A DNA stretch of 64,000 nt, from the NCBI RefSeq assembly GCF_001194135.2, contig NC_068990.1:85493174-85557173 (forward strand), written 5' to 3'. The position numbers were made by a program, and so were the translations under genes. Numbering within the stretch: position 1 is the stretch's first letter; every line of letters begins with the position of its first letter. This stretch comes from Octopus bimaculoides (taxonomy: Eukaryota). Under the pieces are notes generated by a model. That model ran no database searches. It was not told where the DNA came from and saw nothing but the letters and a program-made list of their open reading frames with translations. Below are positions 14,166 through 26,781 of the stretch, piece after piece.

Positions 14166-15589
14166 ATAGTCATCATCATCTCGAGTGTGCTGTTGTCTTT
14201 ATCCCCACCACTATCACCTTCACCACTAATGTTATCATCATCATCACTACCATAAACATCAGCACAACCAGTTCTATAGCTATCACCATCATCATTACGA
14301 CTATCATTATCACCAACACTTCCAGTGAGTTACAGTCCACACCTCCACCATCATCCCCAGTACCCCCACTGTTATCCCCAGCACTCCCACCGTCATTCCC
14401 AGCATCATCCCAGCGCCTCCACCATCACCACCTGCATTATTGTTATCACCAGTAACAGCATCATGATCATTATAACCATCAGTGCTTTCACCATCACCAT
14501 CACCATCAGTGCAATCCGATTTTTTTAACCATCACCATCACCAACGGCTTAAATAGTTTTCAGAAAAAAGAATACCTTAATAAAACTAAAGATATAGGGG
14601 TCAAATGTTAAACAGAAGGTTTTTTGTTTATATCTTCTATAGAAATGGAACCTAAATATGTGAAGGGAAACATTCTAGAATGGTACAACAAGGCACAAGT
14701 AGCAAATACAATTGGGATTCTACTTGACCAACTGGGACCCTATTTAACCAACTAGGATCCAATTTAACTAAATGGGATACTACTTGACCAATTAGGACAC
14801 TACTAGATCGATAGGAACCCTGATGGTCCATTGTTTATAGTAGATAAATATAAAAACACACACACACATAGGGTCATGGTTCTTGTGACAGTGTAACAGT
14901 AGCACTGTGGTGCAGATACATCTATGACAGTTATGGTGCAGAAACACTCTTGAAAGTGATACAGATACAATTGTGATACAATATGGTATACATAACTGTG
15001 ACACAATGTGGCGCAGATACATTTGTGGCACTGTAATACAGAGACTGCTCTGGTACTGTGATGTATACAGTCATGACATTCTAATACAGACATTAACGAA
15101 ATAAAATTTCTCTGATAATTGCTGTAAAAAGTCTGTTTGATCAGGCAATTGAAACAGCAAATTTGATTTAAAAATTAATGTGACAAGTTTAATCAGATAG
15201 TGTTACAAGTTAGGACAACACAACTGGTGTAACAAGACAGATGAAATAATTAGAGTTACAAGTTTGATCAAATAGTTTATGATTAAAATTTGATCTGATA
15301 ATTAGCATAACAGGTTTTGTTTTCATTAGAGATGTGATAATTTGGGCCAGAAAGTAGAATCATAGTTTGTTTGAAAAAATATCCATGTAACAAGTTCTAT
15401 AGCAAAAAAATAAGGTGTAACACATTTAGTCAGAAGATAAAGTGAAACCTTATTAGATCAGAAAATGTAATATCATATTTAGTCAGGTAAATGAGCTAGA
15501 TTAGATAGGTGGGTTTAAGAATATACTACTACTGTAATCAAGGAAGCATTAAAATGTTTAATTACATCGATTTATGTAATTTGTTACTT

Positions 15590-15773
15590 TACTGGCTCCT
15601 GTGCCAGTGGCATGTAAAAAGCATCCACTACACACTCAGAGTGGTTGGCATTAGGAAGGGCATCCAGCTGTAGAAACTCTGCCAGATCAGATTGGAGTCT
15701 GGTGCAGCTGCTGGCTCTCCAGACCTCAGTCAAACCATCCAACCCATGCCAGCAGGGAAAACAGACGTTAAAC

Positions 15774-15811
<38 letters not shown>
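15590..15811 (+). mobile_element. Family D repeat, 3' part with (GAT)n tail
   Basis: gtggttggcattaggaagggcatccagctgtag...cccatgccagca...gacgttaaacgatgatgat. Confidence 0.85.
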
Positions 15812-15937
15812 CTCATCTGCCACATATCTGGAATGGGGCCAATGTCAGATATTAGTTTTAGCAAGCTAGTGGAAAGCTACTCCTTTGTTGAGCATCCCTA
15901 AGAATTTGATGCTTCTTTCGCTATCCAAAGAGGATAT

Positions 15938-16200
15938 GCATGGCCCAGTGGTTAGGGTGTTGAGTCATAATCATTAGGTTGTGGTTCAATTCTCTGATGG
16001 GGAATTGTGTGTCTTTGATCAAGGCACTTCATTTCAAGTTACCCCAGTACATTCAGGTGAAATTGAGTACCAGCAGTATGTTGGGTTAACTCTGTGACAA
16101 ATTAGCATTTCATTCAGGAGGGAATCTTTTTACTATCAGCCTAAACACCTTGAAAATCCAGTTAAGCTCCTGCCTCGGGAATCTATAGGCTCAAGGTAGA
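15938..16200 (+). mobile_element. Degenerate tRNA-head SINE (family E, SINE2-like core)
   Basis: tggcccagtggttagg A-box, ggttcaattc B-box, then gtctttgatcaaggcacttca core shared with the minus copies at 18.5, 29.8 and 39.3 kb. Confidence 0.6.
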
Positions 16201-16693
16201 CTTCACTGCTCAATATTCTAAGCATTTCGTTATGCTATCACCTATCTAATTATTATTTATCATGCAAGCAGACTGTGTCTCAGATTTATGAACTGTTAAC
16301 CATTTCTATTTCTCTTTGCTAACAAATAAATATATATTTACAGCATATATTTACTTAACAATTTGTTTGTTCAACCTTTAAACAAGTTACAGTGAATCTA
16401 CACATCCACTGACAAACATCCAAAAAGTTAAGAGAAAACATATCCAATGTTGTGTACCATAGCTTCAAAACGAAAACAAATATTTCTTTCAACACATATT
16501 TCAACTTTCTCAATAATTTTAATATTTTAAATATTAAATTAGCTTTCACCCATCTCACTATTGTTTAATCACATAGATAATATCTACTGGATTTGCTGTC
16601 TACTAGAAGAAAGTAAAAGTCAAAGCATTTACCGTATTTTAAGAGACAAAATAGTGTTATTGGAACTGCTGTATAAAGAATAAGAGTACAAAA

Positions 16694-17212
16694 GGATCTA
16701 TTGTGAAAGTAGTAAGAATATTATCAGATTTATTGTATAAAGACTAAAGAGTATTATTGGATCTATAGTTTAATGACTTAATTATTATTATTGAATCTAT
16801 TGTATAAAGACTAAAGATTATTATTGGATCTATGGTATAATGATTAAAAGAGTATTATTGGATTTATTATATAAAGACTAAAGATTATTACAGGATCTAC
16901 TGGATAAAGACTAAAAGAGTATTACTAGATCTACTATATAAAGATTAAAGATTATTACAGGATCTACTGTATAAAGACTAAAAGAGTATTAATGGATCTA
17001 CTGTATAATGACTAAAAGAGTATCATTGTGTCTATTATATAAAGACTAAAGATTATTATTGGATCTACTGTATAATGACTAAACAGTATTATTGGATTTC
17101 CTGTATGATGACTAAAGAGTATTATTGGATTTACTGCAAAAAAACTAAAGAGTATTGTTGGATCTATTGCATAATGGCTAAAGGAGTATTATAGGATTTA
17201 TTGTGTAAGAAA
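16694..17212 (+). repeat. Degenerate minisatellite, 33-35-bp unit (ggatctactgtataaagactaaagagtattatt), about 15 copies
   Basis: ggat(c/t)ta recurs every 33-35 bp. Confidence 0.9.
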
Positions 17213-17382
17213 GAGTGAAGAGAGTACTTTGAGAGGTAAAAAAAAGAATAGGTTTATAAAGTATATTAATGTCTTTGAAGAAAGCAAAGCAAATGTTAGT
17301 TGTGCAAAACTACTGAATGAGACCATGCTAAACCCAAAAAGCAACATGCTAAGAAACAAGGTGCGTATTGAGATATGCTAAC

Positions 17383-17661
17383 CCTTTTAACTGAGGAATC
17401 TCCGAGATTGTTTCTTGTGGGCTGGTTGAACAGAGCTCGCAGTCTCGTCACCGATGGAAGCTCAACAGAAACATTGGAGTCAAACTCTGATCGGCTCGCA
17501 GGAATGTCTTTCTCTCGGCTATCCCCAACCAGTTTTTGCGACATCTTAAGAGAGTCCTTGTGAAAAGCCGTACCGATATCTGCAGACATGTGTGGCAGTG
17601 AGGCAGTTTGATGATCAAGTGTGTTTTGATGTTGCTCAACAGATTTCTCAATGGATGCAAC
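17383..17661 (-). CDS. MYRIP: Internal coding exon G (VASIEKSVEQHQ...ELPSVTRLRALFNQ...GDSSVKR)
   Basis: Acceptor tttttctccctcttaatAG, 93 codons, donor AGG|gttagc. ENE|VASIEKSV continues the melanophilin-like ESEVSDIESRI pattern across the splice. Confidence 0.85.
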
Positions 17662-18459
17662 CTATTAAGAGGGAGAAAAACAATCCAGGAACGACATCTT
17701 TCAGATAATTCTAGCTTTCACTTCAACTAAAGATTGTTCGTTTTTGTTTAGAGATATATATATATATATATATGAATATATTTTGATTATTCTGTTTGGT
17801 TTTATTGAACCTAAGTTAATATTATATTTTAAATCCTGGAACAAAAGATAATAAATAAAAAGGAAACTCAAAATACAAAGTATCCTTATAGCAGTTATAA
17901 ACATTAAGAAAACCATGGAGTGTCTCAGTATTAAATGGAAGGGGCTGGTTATATTCATAATTATGGTTTGATTATGTTTAATTGCCTGTAGCTTAAATGA
18001 GGACAAGTTTGGTTGTTTATTGTCCCTAGTGGGAATATACTAATATTCTCCATTTTAGTGAGAGCTGACCAACACCAAATTGTAGAAGAAATAACATGGC
18101 CAAGTGGATATGATACTGGGACCCCCTCTCAAAGACCAGGAGTTCAAACCTACCAATTCTAATTCAAATACCCTTTATGGATTAGGGAATATTTATGGGT
18201 TTTACATCAAAATAAGAACAAATATGTCCTGCTGGTATAAATATATTTGACCCACATACTACATTGTAATACTGAATGGTAAAATAATGTCTATGGTTAT
18301 ATATAAATAAGAGTGTGTCTACCATAGTGTGGTTGAATCAGTTCCATGACTGCATACAAGGGTCTGTTTTCACTTAAAGGAAGACTCAGTCATGCTCTAT
18401 GAATATTGTTAACATTCCCTGCATCAATGAGACAATCAGCTGTTGTTATACACTTCTGA

Positions 18460-18710
18460 TCACAATGCGCTTCCTTGCATCATTATAGTTTTTAAATGGT
18501 GCCACCCGGCTATCCGGACAGGCAAGCCAACATTCCCCTTGAACAGAACACCAGTCTGTTGCAGGACTACCCATTTGCAGTTGAGTGGACTGGAGCAATG
18601 TGAAGTGAAGTGTTTTGCTCAAGAATACAATGCACGACCAGTCTGGGAATCGAAACCACAATCTCGTGATCATGAATGCGAAACCCTAACAACTACATTA
18701 TGTGCCTTCA
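18460..18710 (-). mobile_element. SINE family E, degenerate
   Basis: Reverse-complement tRNA-like head (ggtttcgattccc) plus gactggagcaatgtgaagtgaagtgttttgctcaag core. Confidence 0.7.
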
Positions 18711-18858
18711 CATTGTTAGAGTTAATCTTTTGAATTGTGGTTAAGCCAATTCTATGATGATAGATAACGATCTTGTCCTCATCAGATATGTTCTATGAAT
18801 ATATTTCGGGATGAGCCATATCAAAGTGTGGCTAAATACGGGGTTCCGTGATAATGGT

Positions 18859-19027
18859 CGCCAAAGATAATCCTCGCCAAAGATAATCCTCGCCAAAGAT
18901 AATCCTCGCCAAAGATAATCCTCGCCAAAGATGATCCTCACCAAAGATAATCCTCGCCAAAGATAATCCTCACCAAAGATAATCCTCACCAAAGATAATC
19001 CTCACCAAAAATAATCCTCGCCAAAGA
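18859..19027 (+). repeat. 16-bp minisatellite (c[g/a]ccaaagataatcct) x10.5
   Basis: Ten near-perfect units read directly from the sequence. Confidence 0.95.
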
Positions 19028-19409
19028 GTCAGGTGTGTTTTAAAACTAAAGACAAAGGTCAACTAAACTAAATGGTTTCTACCTCGAGCTACTACAACAA
19101 AAACAACAACAATAATAGCATCAACCACTTATGCAAAGCTTCGACATCAACAACTGCAATATTATCATACCTAAACTAAGCAACATGCTACACTGGCAGC
19201 GTTAGCAGTGATAACTGCAGCGACAGCAACATCTGCAGCAGCAACAACAACATAAACAACAAACAACATTTATAGAAAGCAAGTAAATTCAGGTTATTGA
19301 TTACATGTAAAACATTCATATACAATATTTCACAACAATAAAGTCATATATATATACATATATAAACAACAGCATCAGCAGCATTTGTGCCTGTGTGTGT
19401 GTGTAAATA

Positions 19410-19480
<71 letters not shown>

Positions 19481-19550
19481 AGCAGCATCAGCAGCATTTA
19501 TGTGTGTGTGTGTGTGCGTGTGTGTATGTGCGAATATAAACATATATGTA

Positions 19551-19809
19551 TATATAATTGTTAAACAGGACGTCAAACTTTAGGCAAGGGAAACATCTTA
19601 AGTCATATACAATATTATGATAGGAAAAAATTCAAAATCTTACAGCTGTTTCTGAGATATCCCTGAGTATGGGATACTTCATCATCGAAATACACAGGAA
19701 TATTCCAGAAACAGTTGTAAGACTTAGAATTTTTTCAATAATGATATTGTATATGACTTGAGATGTTTGCCTTGCCTTAATGTTTGACGTTCTGTTTAAC
19801 AATTATATA
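19551..19809. mobile_element. Fold-back (palindromic) element with about 110-bp imperfect inverted arms, next to TA-rich microsatellite
   Basis: 19551-19662 (tatataattgttaaacaggacgtcaaac...cttacagctgtttctgagatat) is the reverse complement of 19698-19809 with scattered mismatches; spacer about 35 bp. Confidence 0.85.
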
Positions 19810-19957
19810 TCAGCTGTTTCGGAAATCTGCAATGGCTCCATAACTACCGTCTCAGCTATAACCTTGGAGCCCTAGTAATCCATTACAGCACTTACCTAGC
19901 GTACCTAATCATTTAGATTACCTGTGAACTAAACCTCCATACTTTGTTTTATATATT

Positions 19958-19993
<36 letters not shown>

Positions 19994-20934
19994 CATACAC
20001 ACACACAGTTCATATATGGTTTACTGGTAACAGAAATTATGTTTTTTTATCTCTCCCACCAAAATAATTTATGGATAAGCGTTTTTTTTTTCTTCTATTG
20101 GTTTCTAAGTCATTCAATGGCAACCATGCTGGAGCACCACCTTCAAATAATTTAGGCAATTATATTGAGTCGAATACCTTCTTACTTATTTTATTGATTA
20201 CATGATCAGTGAAAAGCTGAATCAACCTAACGTAAAGGAACTGAACTCAGACGGAACTGAAAACCATCAGATTTCTGTTCAATGCACCGGTTTGGTTTTC
20301 TTTGGTCATCACACAATTGATAACACCCCCAACCACACACACACATGCACATATATGGTATTTGTTTGTGCTTCGGTGCAAAGCCACCAGTTTTAGAAGT
20401 TTACGGTGTCAGTTATAATTGGGTCTTGGTAACATGGAAAAAAATGGTGAAAATCATAATGATGAAGATTATGTGTCCATATAAGGCAACAAACAGGCTG
20501 AGCCATGAAACCATCAGATACAATCCTCAGCATTGTTTCAAAGTCTACTGTTTCATGCTTCCATTGGTGAGATGAAACATTATCAGGTCAGAGCAAACAG
20601 GACACCCTTCCAGATGCCAACCTAAACTTGTTTTCAAACAAGGTTGTATTCCCCCGTTCCACTGAACACCAAACCTGAACATTAAACAGAGAACTAGAAA
20701 CAAATGACACCAGTTGTAGGAATGGTAAGTCTTTAGTTTACAAAGATCAAAGTGTGTCACGAACATCAGACATGCTCTCATGGTATGTTGCAAGCAAAAC
20801 AAATGACACTGTCAGTATGAACAATGAGGCCTTTGTTTGCAATCAGTAAACACCTGTGAAGACAGGTGGGTACAAACTCACTCACAGAAATTCACAAATT
20901 CCCACACATTATATATATGTGCATATTTATAATT

Positions 20935-21535
20935 ATCGTCGTCGTTTAATGTCTGCTTTCTATGCTGGCATGGGTTGGACAGTTTGACTGAGAACTGGCA
21001 GGCCGGGAGGCTGCACCAGGCTCCAATCTGATTTGGCAAGGGTTCAACAGTTGGATGGTCTTCCTAATGCCAACCACTCCGAGAGTGTAGTAGGTGCTTT
21101 TTATGTGCCACTGACATAGGAACCAGTCAGGCAGCACTGGCATCAGCCATGCTCAAATGGTCCTTTTTATGTTCCACCAGCATGGGTGCCAGTCAGGTGG
21201 CACTGGCATCAGCCATGCTTGAATGGTGCTTTTTATGTTCCACCAGNNNNNNNNNNTTTATGTTCCACCAGCATGGGTGCCAGTCAGGTGGCACTGGCAT
21301 CAGCCATGCTTGAATGGTGCTTTTTATGTTCCACCAGCACAGGTGCCAGTCAAGTGGCACTGCCATCAGCCACACTCAAAGGGTGCTTTTTATGTGCCAC
21401 TGGTATGGGTGCTAGTCAGGTGGCATTGGCATGGGTGCTAGTCAGGTAGCACTGGCATCGGCCATATTTGAATACTTTTTATGTGCCACCAGCACGGGTG
21501 CCAGTCAGATGGCACTAGCATCAGCCACACTTGAC
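20935..21535 (-). mobile_element. Family D repeat with an internal 66-bp tandem array (about 6-7 units, one 10-N gap)
   Basis: Tail cgtcgtttaatgtctgctttctatgctggcatggg; units recur at 21093, 21159, 21225, 21316 and 21382. Confidence 0.85.
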
Positions 21536-21861
21536 TCTGTGTGTGTGTGATGGGATTCTTTAGTTTCCATCTACCAGTTTCACACACAGAGTATTGGTTA
21601 ACCCACAGCTAAAACAAACAGAGGACTGATTATTGGCCAACAGTAACCACAGAGTGGGATTGAACCTCAGACCAATTGTCTCCATAGCAATCATCTTAAC
21701 CACACAACCATACCTGCACCAATTCTATCTGTCTGTACACTGAGTCCAAATAATATCAGAGTCAACTTCCAACCTTGATCCTTCCAAAGTTAAATAAAAA
21801 AGCTAGTTCAATACTTGGGTCAATTCTTCTCCTTCTCCCTCTCTCTCTCCCTCTCCACCTT

Positions 21862-21909
<48 letters not shown>

Positions 21910-22361
21910 ACAGGCTTTCTATTTCTCTTTCTCTCTGAATTTTACTTATAACTCAAAGGTTCAACTTTGTCACATTGTATTACACTGAAGTGACCTGAAA
22001 AATACATTACAGATACATATGTCTGTGGAGTACTCAGCCAGTTGGACCAGTTGAATGCTCATGGTCCAGACCAAGGGAGAATCAATCACCAAATGAGTGT
22101 CTGTCTGTATGTCCGAATTCATACCGATACCACCCTATTAAACCAGTGTTGTTCATGTCATGTCCCATTATCTCATATAACTTAACAGCTCGACAAATAG
22201 ATATCAATAAAATAAGCACCAAACTTGAAACAGGTAATGGGGTTGATATGATCGACTAAACCCCTTGAAGGCAAGTGCCCCAGCATGGCCACAGTCCACA
22301 TACAGAAACCAGTAAAAGGATGAAAGAGAGAAAAGGAATAGAAACGCAAGGGTCAACTCAC

Positions 22362-22523
22362 CTCATTTTCGCTATGCTCCACTCCTGCCATTGCCTTGGC
22401 TACTTCATCCTCCAGGGCAGACATATTGCTGTCTGAGATACCTTCGTGAATATCTCCTACTTGAGCTTCTAACTGTTGTATTTTGTCTTCGAGTGAATAC
22501 ACACTGCAGGCTGCCATGTAGAT
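22362..22523 (-). CDS. MYRIP: Internal coding exon F, MyRIP/melanophilin-like C-terminal coiled coil (IYMAACSVYSLEDK...VEHSENE)
   Basis: Acceptor gttgctttatcacAG, 54 codons, donor GAG|gtgagt. The peptide aligns by eye to MyRIP VYLAAGTVYGLETQLTELEDAARCIHSGTDETHLADLEDQVATAAAQVHHAE. Confidence 0.9.
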
Positions 22524-23084
22524 CTGTGATAAAGCAACATCAACTGTTGAATTACTCTTGACAGGTTTATGAAAAACTTTAGGAAATGTATTCATTTTCC
22601 TTGATTGATCTTTAAACAGGTTTTTTGTAATAAAAAAAAAAAAAAAAAATCAACAGGTTTCAGACTTAGAGTAAAAAATTCCAGAATTTTATAATTTGGG
22701 ATATCTTTTTTTTTTTGCAGTTGTTTTAAAAAGTTAGTTATAGTTATTAAAAAATTTTTTGTGTTTGTTTTACCAAAAGTCCTTTTCATGAACTGAAAAT
22801 ATTTTCATAGCTTTAATATAAGCCCTAATATATATGGTTGTTTGTTTGTGTGTGTGGTGGTGGTGGTGGTGGTGGTGNNNNNNNNNNNNNNNNNNNNNNN
22901 NNNNNNNNNNNNNNNNNNNNNNNNNNNNNNNNNNNNNNNNNNNNNNNNNNNNNNNNNNNNNNNNNNNNNNNNNNNNNNNNNNNNNNNNNNNNNNNNNNNN
23001 NNNNNNNNNNNNNNNNNNNNNNNNNNNNNNNNNNNNNNNNNNNNNNNNNNNNNNNNNNNNNNNNNNNNNNNNNNNNNNNNNNNN

Positions 23085-23164
<80 letters not shown>

Positions 23165-23982
23165 TAATAGAAAAGGAAAGAAAATAAATTATAAATAAAT
23201 CATATGGTCCCAGTTTTTAATTTCTTTTGTTATTTCAATGAATAACCAGCTTGAATGTTGAGATGCAGATAGAAATTTCACTGACAAGAAGATTGGATGA
23301 AATCCTTTCGGTGTGTGAAGTAGTAACTTTGCATAAGATTGGCAGCAAGTTCAGTCAAGTAGGCATCAATATTCCAAAGAATAACAAATAACTTTCAAGT
23401 CAAATCCACGTTAATCCTCCTTAATTTCCATTCAGGAAGTTTAAACACCAAGAGATTGATTTTCTCAGTTAAATATCTTAAGTGGGTCTACCCATGTTTT
23501 GTTTTATGCTTTAATTATTATTAATCCCTTTTATGAAACAAGACTCGATGAAATAGTGTGTTTGTCGACCTCCTGTTCATAATGTCTTCATCATATTGAG
23601 GCAGAAAATAGAGATTTGTTTTTTGGGTTTTTTTTCAAACAAAACTTTGCTTTTATCCTTTACTATCAAGCTATAGTTTAAGGAGGACCTCAATAGAATT
23701 TGCTAGGAATGTAGCATGATGAAATCCAAATAACCAGTTTTCAGAGGCATAACAACACTGTAAGAATCTCTAAAAGACATCCATCAAAATATATTACAGA
23801 ACGTTGTAGAAAGCTGCAGTTATTTGGCTAAAATAAGGAAAATAAAACTTAGATAAAACAGAATTTATCAACAGCCTATGTTTTTCCTGCGTAAATTGAG
23901 TTACATCAGCAAAATAGTTCTTTGCTTGCTAATGTGACATTTGACTATGTTGTGAAATGCTTTCCATACATACACACATCTT

Positions 23983-24039
<57 letters not shown>

Positions 24040-25094
24040 GTATACTAGAATATGAAAATACTGATAATATTTTATGTTAGAGATAGGGATTCAGTCAATT
24101 TAAACAACTCCAGGAATTCACTGGTGCCTAATTTATCACTCGACTCTAATTTACCAGCACAATGAGATGGAAGGCAACCTTGATCTCAGTGCTATTTGAA
24201 CTCAAACCTAAAATAGCTGAATATTGCAAAGTGTTTTGTTCTCTACTTTGCTGCCAATTCTGGCATCTATTGAGCTTACTTTGATGATGATGATGATGAT
24301 CATCATCATCATGATTATTATTACTACTACTATTATTATTATTATTATTATTTTTAACATATGCACAGTGCTATAAATATTTTGGTGGGAAGAGTATAAA
24401 AGCAAAGAGCTTGTTTGAAAAGATTACAGCTGCTTTGTTAGCTTATTAGAGTGTTTTTAAATAACTTGTATTATTTGATGCTGTTGTCAATACTGGTGAT
24501 GCTGCCGATGCTGTTTTTGTTGTTGTTGCTGATACTAATGTTGATGCTAAAGATGATGATGACGATGATGATGATGTATATGTCGTTCTATTTCAGGACA
24601 ATTGTTTGTTTTGTTTGTTTAATTCCATGAGCACGACCATTCTCAATTCTCCAAGTGCAACAAGATGCATGAAACACGTGCATCAAAGCAGATGGATATA
24701 GCGTTCTTCCAGTGTTAATGTCGCAACTGCGAAAGAGAGAGGAGAGAGAGAGAGAGAGAGAGGGGGGACAAAGAGAGAAGAGAGAGAGGAGACAGAGAGA
24801 GAAGAGTGGAAGGGTGAGTTGCCAAATGTACTTTGCCAGACGATTCCTTTTGGTTGAGAGAGTAAGCCTGGCTAGAACAACGAAAAAAACAACAACAACA
24901 AACAAACAAATATATAAACAAAAAAAATGGAGAGAAAGCAAGGGAAAGACAAACAAGTCATGTGACTTGGAAAAATAAGGAGAGAAAGAAGGGGTAGGCG
25001 AGGATAGGGTTTTAAGTTTTAGTTTTATGTTTCAAATACCTCTCCACCCCTAGCAATTAAATAACAAACACACACCACCAAGAAAAAAAAAGTA

Positions 25095-25126
<32 letters not shown>

Positions 25127-25667
25127 GAATAATAATAACAACAGTAGCATAAATAAATAGACGAAAATGAAGTTAAAAAGAAAAAAAAATAGTGAAAGTA
25201 GGGTCAATTTTCTTCCTCAACCGGAAAAAGTCAGCAATTTTTTTTTTCCCTTTTTTCTCTGTTTTTTTTTTGTTTTTGATCAGTAGCTGTAAGTTATTTT
25301 GACTGTTGCNNNNNNNNNNNNNNNNNNNNNNNNNNNNNNNNNNNNNNNNNNNNNNNNNNNNNNNNNNNNNNNNNNNNNNNNNNNNNNNNNNNNNNNNNNN
25401 NNNNNNNNNNNNNNNNNNNNNNNNNNNNNNNNNNNNNNNNNNNNNNNNNNNNNNNNNNNNNNNNNNNNNNNNNNNNNNNNNNNNNNNNNNNNNNNNNNNN
25501 NNNNNNNNNNNNNNNNNNNNNNNNNNNNNNNNNNNNNNNNNNNNNNNNNNNNNNNNNNNNNNNNNNNNNNNNNNNNNNNNNNNNNNNNNNNNNNNNNNNN
25601 NNNNNNNNNNNNNNNNNNNNNNNNNNNNNNNNNNNNNNNNNNNNNNNNNNNNNNNNNNNNNNNNNNN

Positions 25668-25972
25668 GTCTCGGGCTGACCAAAGCCTTGTGAGTGGATT
25701 TGGTAGACAGAAACTGGAAGAAGCCCGTCATATATGTATGTGTGTGTGTGTGTGTGTGTGTTTGTGTGTCTGTTTGTCCCCCCAGCATCGCTTGACAACC
25801 AATGCTGGTGTGTTTACGTCCCCCGTAACTTAGCGGTTCGGCAAAAGAGAGTGATAGAATAAATACTAGGCTTACAAAGAATAAGCTCTGGGGTCGATTT
25901 GCTCGACTATAAAGACGCTGCTCCAACATGGCTGCAGTCAAATGACTGAAACAAGTAAAAGAGTAAAAGAGT
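25668..25972 (+). mobile_element. SINE family A (5' end in gap)
   Basis: Body and aagtaaaagagtaaaagagt tail match family A. Confidence 0.85.
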
Positions 25973-26110
25973 ACCCTGAAGGTACCAAGTCTTATAATTC
26001 ATGGAAAGAGGCCTTGAAAGATCATGTGAGACCTTTCAGAACAGGTTGTTGTCTGTTCTCACAGAATTAACCAGAGCAAGTAAGATTGAGGGCTTTGAGA
26101 AGTAAAATTA

Positions 26111-26173
<63 letters not shown>

Positions 26174-26174
<1 letters not shown>

Positions 26175-26670
26175 GATTTGCTTGTCAGTTGTTTGACCTT
26201 AACCAGTTGAGCATGTCCCTTGGNNNNNNNNNNNNNNNNNNNNNNNNNNNNNNNNNNNNNNNNNNNNNNNNNNNNNNNNNNNNNNNNNNNNNNNNNNNNN
26301 NNNNNNNNNNNNNNNNNNNNNNCATGAGCAGAAGTAGTGGAGGAGCACCATAGCCATGAGTTGAGAGGAATTCTTTGGGGTTTGAATAATTCACCTTTGG
26401 AAACATGGGTGTTTTGCTCAACATCCTTAAACAAACCTTATTCAGGGACCTTTTGAGTGGGATGGGCTACTCGACCTGAAGAAAATTCTAACTGGGCCCC
26501 ACCTGCGTGGTCATGCGCTATTTATCTTGATATGAGATCACTATGTTGTGCACATATGGTTGTGATGCATGTGCCTGGTGTACCCTTATCAGACGGGTAG
26601 TCATGATGGGTATATTGGGCTTTGTATATTTTACCCCAGTGTCACTTTGATGGCATGCACTGCTTTCTCA

Positions 26671-26671
<1 letters not shown>
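26174..26671. mobile_element. About 500-bp GC-richer insert bounded by (AAT)n on both sides; probable non-autonomous retroelement
   Basis: (AAT)n at 26110-26173 and 26672-26717 flank a block of different composition with no ORF. Family not identified. Confidence 0.5.
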
Positions 26672-26717
<46 letters not shown>

Positions 26718-26781
26718 TTCAGCTCATGCCATTATAGAAAAAGGAACATAAAATGAACGAATTAATAATAAAGATTCTTAC

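Noticed and set aside
16694-19027. Tandem arrays as CRISPR
   Set aside because: Units are contiguous with no unique spacers, the context is a eukaryotic intron, and no cas genes are present.
22524-22609. 5' extension of exon F (DQSRKMNTFPKVFHK...) given by the ORF track
   Set aside because: It would need a phase-1 acceptor that does not fit exon E's phase-0 donor. Homology and a better acceptor both start at 22523.
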